From Candidatus Eiseniibacteriota bacterium (GTDB lineage: Bacteria; Joyebacterota; Joyebacteria; Joyebacterales; Joyebacteraceae), in NCBI GenBank assembly GCA_043819135.1, contig JBDRFG010000107.1, positions 1 to 64,000 on the forward strand: 64,000 bases of DNA, written 5' to 3'. Below, piece by piece: positions 58,260 through 64,000 of the stretch (position 1 is its first letter; each line of letters starts with the position of its first letter). The notes under the pieces are model-generated. The model worked only from the letters and a program-made list of their open reading frames with translations. It searched no databases and was not told the origin of the DNA. The position numbers were made by a program, and so were the translations under genes.

Positions 58260-58712
58260 ATGCGCGAACAGGCGGTCGAGGTTGCCTTGGGGCCGAAGGG
58301 GGCGTTCAAGAACGGCAACGCGGGTGCCGTGACGCGCCAGGTAACGGCGGATCGGGTCGTCAGTGCTCTACCGGAGCCCCGGGCCAAACCGAAACCGCCC
58401 AAGAAGCCTAGGACGCCTCGCGTGGTTGAGCTCCTACGGACGGCGATGGAATGGCAACGCCAGCTTGAAGCTGGTGAAGCGGACACGCAAATCGAGATAG
58501 CCCGACGGGAGAGAATCACTCGGGCTCGCGTGACCCAGATTATGGGGATGCTCCGCCTCGCGCCGGAGATTCAGGAGCACATCCTGTCCATGCCCGATAT
58601 GGTCCGTCGGCCTGCGATTAGCGAGCGGGCGTTGCGACCCATCGCCCAGATCGAGGATCCGAGGCGGCAGCTTGCGGAGTTCCGAGATCTGTCTCCAGCA
58701 AGGACCTCATGA
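58260..58712 (+). CDS. Small HTH protein of the type found beside site-specific recombinases
   Basis: EIARRERITRARVTQIMGMLRLAPEIQE..ISERALR. Confidence 0.6.
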   Translation: MREQAVEVALGPKGAFKNGNAGAVTRQVTADRVVSALPEPRAKPKPPKKPRTPRVVELLRTAMEWQRQLEAGEADTQIEIARRERITRARVTQIMGMLRLAPEIQEHILSMPDMVRRPAISERALRPIAQIEDPRRQLAEFRDLSPARTS

Positions 58713-58817
58713 CTCCGTTGCCCCCACCATCAGCTGCAGGGTCTGCATCGTGTCGTCCGCGAGGCAAGTCCGGTCCTTCCGGCCTCCCCCGTTGCGCGCG
58801 GCGGTGGCATCTGCTAG

Positions 58818-59579
58818 TTAGCCACGTTCGTCATCTGCGCTCTCTTGCACCTGCCTCATCAGTTCTTTGAAGAACTCCCCGTGCTTCTCATCCACCACAA
58901 GTGGGTCCAGCCCGAACACGTCCGCCAACGTTTCGTGCGCCTTGAGGAGTGAGAGGGACGAGAGCGCGATTGTGCCCGCGGCGTCTCGACCGCGGAAAGT
59001 AGCGAACCGGAATCCTTGGAGCTCCTCCTCTTCATCGAGATCAAGATACTCGTGCAGCTCGCTTATCGACGAGTGTACCGCGGTACTCAGGAGCGTGTAT
59101 TCTATGAGATACCAGTCGTGAAGACCCGCTTTGTGCGCTAGGGCTTCGGCGCTGAGGGGCGGTTTCAACTCATGCTCAGCGATGTTCTCCTGGATTTCCT
59201 TAACAATTTCCTCGATTCGCTGATCGCCCAACTCCGCCAGCGGTTTGCGCTCGCTCCCCTGCGATTTGCCGATGATCTTCAGCTTCCTGTGTTCGTCGGC
59301 TCCCACGTAGCGACGAAGCGTCTCCTCGTCTGCAGCAACGGCGCGAATCGTGAAGAGCGCCTCCATGAGAACGCGTGTGACTACCTGTGCCGGTGGGAGA
59401 AGCCCAACGTCCAACAAGAACGGGACGCCATGGTAGAGCTCGAGAATTCTCGCGTACAATGTAGACACGACAAGCTGACGAACGTCCTCTCCGGCAACGG
59501 TGAGACCCGAGAGAGCGGAGAAGCAATCGCGGCCGAGCTCCTTCGAGCGTGCCACTAACTCCTTAGTATCCCATCCCAT
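58818..59579 (-). CDS. Hypothetical helical protein (DUF5677/HEPN-like)
   Basis: R..ME, LA..AGL, Y..LS..VHS pattern; family assigned from recall. Confidence 0.55.
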   Translation of the reverse strand: MGWDTKELVARSKELGRDCFSALSGLTVAGEDVRQLVVSTLYARILELYHGVPFLLDVGLLPPAQVVTRVLMEALFTIRAVAADEETLRRYVGADEHRKLKIIGKSQGSERKPLAELGDQRIEEIVKEIQENIAEHELKPPLSAEALAHKAGLHDWYLIEYTLLSTAVHSSISELHEYLDLDEEEELQGFRFATFRGRDAAGTIALSSLSLLKAHETLADVFGLDPLVVDEKHGEFFKELMRQVQESADDERG

Positions 59580-59683
59580 CGGAACAGTAGCTCCCTTCGT
59601 AACGAAGACGGCTAACGAACCGTGTGTCACCTGCGCCTCGGGCGGCGCTCCGAGCTGGCACGCCACTAAGCCGGGAGGTAGCT

Positions 59684-60400
59684 TCAGTATCCCCACTCCT
59701 CTCGCCGAACTGGCAGGCGGTTGAGCACCTCACGATGGAATTGCCACTTGGGCATGAACCGGTCCATCAGCGCAACGAAGCGGGCGTTGTGGGTCGGCTC
59801 CAGCAAGTGAGTCAGTTCGTGAACAACGACGTACTCGAGGCACTCCGGAGGCTTCTTGGCCAGCTCGGTGTTGAGGCGAATCGTGCGTGCCTTGCAGTTG
59901 CAGCTCCCCCACTTGGTCTTCATTCGCTGGACGAAGAGCCGCTCTGTCCTCACACCCATCAGCGGCTCCCATTTGGCGAGCAGCGGGAGCATGGCACTCT
60001 TAATCTGCGTGCGATACCATTCTTCCATGAGGGCTTTTCTCTTCTGGCCACCTGTTCGCGGACGCACCCTCAGAAGAATGCGGCTGTGCTTCAGCTCGAC
60101 TGAGGGCGGCTCCTCGCTTTCGGAGACTCTTAGCAGGTAGCGCTTGCCCCACACGTGGTGGCTCTCCCGGTCCACGTACTCCCGACGTGTCTCGCGCTCT
60201 TGTTCTCGTAGTTTCGCCTGCTGCCGCTTAATCCAATCCAACTTGGAGACGGCGAAAGCGCGGATGGTGTCGAGGCTCATGCGCTTCGGGGCCGAGATGC
60301 GCACGCGGCCCGCCGGCGGGTAGACGCTGAGATGGATGTTCTTGATGTCTTTCAAGACGACGTCCACCACAATGTCACCCAGCTTGATCTGCGACACCAT
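59684..60400 (-). CDS. M48/YgjP-like metal-dependent hydrolase associated with type I R-M
   Basis: MKTKWGSC, EYVVVHELTHL..H..F. Confidence 0.85.
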   Translation of the reverse strand: MVSQIKLGDIVVDVVLKDIKNIHLSVYPPAGRVRISAPKRMSLDTIRAFAVSKLDWIKRQQAKLREQERETRREYVDRESHHVWGKRYLLRVSESEEPPSVELKHSRILLRVRPRTGGQKRKALMEEWYRTQIKSAMLPLLAKWEPLMGVRTERLFVQRMKTKWGSCNCKARTIRLNTELAKKPPECLEYVVVHELTHLLEPTHNARFVALMDRFMPKWQFHREVLNRLPVRREEWGY

Positions 60401-63400
60401 CAGTATTCCCTCTGGGCCTTGACTATGAGGAAGATGCGCTCGACTTCATCTTCACTCCGTAGAACATCGTAGAGTGCTCTCTTGATGACCTGCTCACGGG
60501 CTTGAACACCGCGCCATCCGTCCGGTTTCGACTTCCTGACCGCTTCGTCAATCCGCAGAGCCAGCTCCAGCACCTCGTCGTCGTTCCCCGCGCCGTAATT
60601 CTCAGGGGGTTCGCGGACTCCCCCAGTGTCACCGGACAATCTCCCTCTTCGCAGGTTGTTGTAGATCGCCCTCTTCCCGGGTGTGTCTAGTCTCTCGGGG
60701 GTGCCCTCCCCTATTCCGGCACTCACCTTCTCGGCTAGTTCCGAGATGTGCTTCAGATACTCCTCATACTCAATGGCTTTGGCCTTCCGTAGCTCGATGA
60801 CTTCCTGCAACTGTGTTGACATCTTCTCGAAGAAGGCCGGGTCGCTAAGGTGCTCCCTGATGATCGTCCTGCGGACATTGTTCTCAATGGTCTCAGCGAT
60901 GGCATTCTCATTACCCTTCAAGTCGCCAAGCCGAGACGTGATGGCATCGGCAATACCGGTCTTCACAATCAGCTCCAGTAGACCCATGTCGTCGAAGGGT
61001 GAGATCTTCCTAGGCTCGTCCGCCTCAATGTAGGTGTCGATAAGGTGCCGCATGTCGGCCTCGTAAGCCTTGAGGTCCAGGCTCTCGCCGCTCGCTTTGC
61101 GGATGATCTCGCGAACGTCAAGGTAGTGGTCAACCTGTCGTCTGATTCGGCTGACATCGCCACCGCCATACCCGGCGGGCTCCAATTCGTCAGCGATGTT
61201 GGCAAAGGCGCGCATAAGGGCCACGGTCGCCTTGTAGAGCGCTGCCCGCTGCGGCTCTCGTTCCTGAAGGTCCGCCGGAATCTCCGTGTTGCCGCAGAAG
61301 TAGTGGATGTGCTCCAGCTCGCCCTTGGGTGGCTCCACCGATTCGCACATCAGAGCGAGGACTTCCAGAGCGTTATCGAGCCGCTCCTTCCCCTTCTTGA
61401 GGCGGTCCTGCAGCAGCACCTCGGGATCGGCACCGCCCGCGCTGTGGTCCAGCTCGGAGGTGTAGACAGCGATAGCATTCTCGACCTTCTTGAAGAGATC
61501 CTTGTAGTCCACGATGTGGCCGAAGTCCTTGTCCTCCCCGTCCAAGCGGTTGACGCGGCAGATGGCCTGGAACAGGCCGTGATCCTGCATGGACTTGTCA
61601 ATGTACAGATAGGTGCAGGGGGGGGCGTCGAAGCCGGTAAGCAGCTTGTCCACCACGATGAGCAGCTTCATGTTCGCCGGCTCCTTGGTGAACAGCGCTT
61701 TGGCCCACTCTTCATAGGTCTCGGTCTTGGTCATGCCTGGCTTGGCCTCGACGTCCTGCAGCAGCTCGGAGTAGGTATTATAGATGAACTGCTTGCCTGT
61801 CTCGGTGTTGGTCCCGGTCTCTTCCAGCGTCACGTCCCTGGCTTGCGGATTGTAGGAGGTCACGACAGCGCACTGACCCTTGAGCGGGGTCTTCTGGAAC
61901 AAGTCGAAGTACTTGCACGCCTCGTAGATACTGGAGGCCACCAGGATTGCGTTGCCGCGCCCGCTGGACAGACGAGGCTTCACGCCGAAATCAAAGAAGA
62001 TGTCGTTCACCACGCGGTCCATGCGCGATCGGGAACTGAGCACGTTCTGCATTGTGCCCCACCGTCTCTTAAGCTCAGCCTTCTGCCAGTCGTTCAGCCC
62101 TCTCGTCTTGGCATCAAACCAAGCGTCGATCTTCTCTTCGGAACCGAGCCGCTGGTCGATGTCCCGCGCCTCATAGACTAGATCCAGTACGACCCCATCC
62201 TGCACGCCTTCGCTGAATTTGTAGGTGTGGATGTAGTTACCGAACACTTCCAAGCTGCTCTGTGCGTCCTTCTTCAGCAGCGGGGTGCCGGTGAAGCCGA
62301 TGAACACTGCGTTGGGCATCAGGGCCTTCATAGCCCGGTGCAGCTTACCACCCTGCGTGCGGTGGCACTCGTCCACGAAGACGAAGATCTCGCCCACGGT
62401 CTGGCTGTGCTGGGCCTCCAGTTCCTTGATGAAGGCGTCGAAGTCGTCAACGTCCCTGCGTCCGAACTTGTGTACCAGCGAGCAGAGAAGGCGCGGCTTG
62501 GCCTGGCCGAGCTGGCTCATGAGGTCGCGGCCGCTTCGGGTGCGCTTAATCGCCTCGCCCACCTCGGTGAAGACACCCTCAATCTGTTTGTCCAACTCGT
62601 CGCGGTCAGTGATGATGGCGACCCGGGCGTTGGGGTTACTCTCCAAGATCCACTTAGCGAGCAGCACCATCACGATGCTCTTGCCGCTGCCCTGCGTGTG
62701 CCAGATGATGCCGCCTTTCTTCTCACGCGCATGCGCCTGCGCGGCCTTGACGCCGAAGTACTGATGCACGCGCGGCAGCTTCTTCACACCGCCGTCGAAA
62801 AGCACGAAGTCGTACATCAGTTCGATGAGTCGGTCCTTTCCGCACATCCTCAAGAGGTACTTGTCCAGTTTGAACCGGCTATCGTCCGCTTCGTCTTCCT
62901 TCCACTTCATGAAGTACTTCTCCGGCGTCCCGATGGCGCCGTACCGCAGACCTTCAGAGTCATTCCCCGCGAAGATGAACTGCACTGTGCTGAAGAACCA
63001 GGCGTTGAACTCCGATTGCTGGTTCGAGAGGCTCTGGCGGATGCCTTCGCATATGCTCACGCGGCTGTTCTTCAGCTCGAGCACCCCAACGGCGATGCCA
63101 TTCACATACAGGACGATGTCGGGTCGCCGCTCATGATCCCCCTTGAGCGTCACCTCCTCGGCGATGGCGAAGTCGTTCTTATCCGGCTCCCGCCAATTGA
63201 CGATGTGGACGGTCTCAGTCAGCTTGCCAGCCTCGATCTTCACGGGAACGCCGTAGCGCAGCAAGTTGTAGACGGCCTGGTTGTTGCCGTAGAGCGTACG
63301 ACTGTGGTTGTCCGCCTCCGCACGAAGCCTATAGAGAGCAGCGGCTATCTGCGCGGGCGTGTAGCCGCTCTTGGTCAGCCACTCCGATATCAGACCCTCC

Positions 63401-63522
63401 TCGATGTTGCTGTTGCCGTCTCGGTAGGTCCAGTCGCCGAGGTAGCGGTAGCCCAGTTCGTCGCTGAGGAGAGCTACAACCCTGTCCTGCGTAGCGCGTT
63501 CGGGTCGGCCGAGGGTGCTCAT
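60400..63522 (-). CDS. hsdR: Type I restriction enzyme R subunit
   Basis: PDIVLYVNG..ELK, HTQGSGKS, DECHR, FTGTP, LLTGFD, QAICRVNR. Confidence 0.95.
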   Translation of the reverse strand: MSTLGRPERATQDRVVALLSDELGYRYLGDWTYRDGNSNIEEGLISEWLTKSGYTPAQIAAALYRLRAEADNHSRTLYGNNQAVYNLLRYGVPVKIEAGKLTETVHIVNWREPDKNDFAIAEEVTLKGDHERRPDIVLYVNGIAVGVLELKNSRVSICEGIRQSLSNQQSEFNAWFFSTVQFIFAGNDSEGLRYGAIGTPEKYFMKWKEDEADDSRFKLDKYLLRMCGKDRLIELMYDFVLFDGGVKKLPRVHQYFGVKAAQAHAREKKGGIIWHTQGSGKSIVMVLLAKWILESNPNARVAIITDRDELDKQIEGVFTEVGEAIKRTRSGRDLMSQLGQAKPRLLCSLVHKFGRRDVDDFDAFIKELEAQHSQTVGEIFVFVDECHRTQGGKLHRAMKALMPNAVFIGFTGTPLLKKDAQSSLEVFGNYIHTYKFSEGVQDGVVLDLVYEARDIDQRLGSEEKIDAWFDAKTRGLNDWQKAELKRRWGTMQNVLSSRSRMDRVVNDIFFDFGVKPRLSSGRGNAILVASSIYEACKYFDLFQKTPLKGQCAVVTSYNPQARDVTLEETGTNTETGKQFIYNTYSELLQDVEAKPGMTKTETYEEWAKALFTKEPANMKLLIVVDKLLTGFDAPPCTYLYIDKSMQDHGLFQAICRVNRLDGEDKDFGHIVDYKDLFKKVENAIAVYTSELDHSAGGADPEVLLQDRLKKGKERLDNALEVLALMCESVEPPKGELEHIHYFCGNTEIPADLQEREPQRAALYKATVALMRAFANIADELEPAGYGGGDVSRIRRQVDHYLDVREIIRKASGESLDLKAYEADMRHLIDTYIEADEPRKISPFDDMGLLELIVKTGIADAITSRLGDLKGNENAIAETIENNVRRTIIREHLSDPAFFEKMSTQLQEVIELRKAKAIEYEEYLKHISELAEKVSAGIGEGTPERLDTPGKRAIYNNLRRGRLSGDTGGVREPPENYGAGNDDEVLELALRIDEAVRKSKPDGWRGVQAREQVIKRALYDVLRSEDEVERIFLIVKAQREY

Positions 63523-64000
63523 ACGAGACGAATCCTCCCCGTGAGCAGTTCCTGCATCATGCCCTGCTTGAGGTTGCGCGCCTTCGTGAGCTTCGCTTCC
63601 AGTGCAGCGATACCGTCGTCCATGTCGGAAAGGACGGCAGCTATGGCGGTCTGTTCGTCTTCGCTCCGAGGCATCTCGATGCCAAACCCCTTCACATCCG
63701 TTGAGTTGACGGAATCAAACGTCGAACCCCTAGAGAGCCTCGCCCAAGCAGGCTCTTTGGCGATTAGGGCGTGGTAGAGGAAGTCGTTTGCGTGGCGGAT
63801 GGCACACACGCCTCGACCGAGGCAGACATCGAACAAGGCGCGCGAGATGCCTCCCACTGGAGCACGAACAGACATAAGGATGTCGCCACACCGACCTCTC
63901 TTGGTGATCTCGGCTGTAAACACTCGTTTGATGGTCCTGCGGTTTCTGATGTCCGCGTTTCCCTGAATCAAAGGCAGTCCTTCACCCCTGTTGTTGTAGT
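63519..64000 (-). CDS. hsdS: Type I R-M specificity subunit, 3' part
   Basis: GDILMSVRAPVG, EQTAIAAVLSDMD, KQGMMQELLTG; frame open to the window edge. Confidence 0.9.
   Translation of the reverse strand, partial: YNNRGEGLPLIQGNADIRNRRTIKRVFTAEITKRGRCGDILMSVRAPVGGISRALFDVCLGRGVCAIRHANDFLYHALIAKEPAWARLSRGSTFDSVNSTDVKGFGIEMPRSEDEQTAIAAVLSDMDDGIAALEAKLTKARNLKQGMMQELLTGRIRLV

Larger units (their letters stand above)
58145..64000. mobile_element. Genomic island with type I R-M system, extending beyond the window
   Basis: att-like left border, island-type HTH gene, hsdSR and M48 cargo. Confidence 0.6.

Noticed and set aside
1..64000. Genome-wide TAG or TGA recoding, or selenoproteins
   Set aside because: TAG and TGA end many genes at their expected C-termini (e.g. 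iorB, dfx, hdrB, iorA), and no in-frame TGA was noticed in the redox genes.

Overview
High-GC genomic DNA from a probably anaerobic bacterium. The many secreted proteins with FlgD-Ig/T9SS-like C-terminal domains suggest an FCB-group candidate lineage (inference). About 45 genes are present: iorAB, nth, ferredoxin, AddAB, poly-gamma-glutamate pgsBC/W, an M16 peptidase pair, a LarA-family racemase beside a DASS carrier and a His-rich metal permease, a PerR-led oxidative-stress operon, a ZnuABC-type transporter led by a Cys-rich ribbon-helix-helix regulator, orphan hdrCB, and a cold-shock gene with a terminator-containing leader. From about 53.8 kb to the end is accessory DNA. Three tRNA-3'-end-like att remnants, two of them identical 33-bp repeats, each with a minus-strand hairpin, divide the region into two single-gene, recombinase-less units and a type I R-M island. 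That island carries a gene with integron attC-like ends. Other points of interest: an M14 peptidase split from its sorting domain by an in-frame TAG, an orphan sorting-domain remnant, and a second C-terminal motif ([ST]WxxIKxxY) on three unrelated secreted proteins. No complete tRNA, rRNA or CRISPR array was found. All calls come from manual motif recognition; no searches were run.
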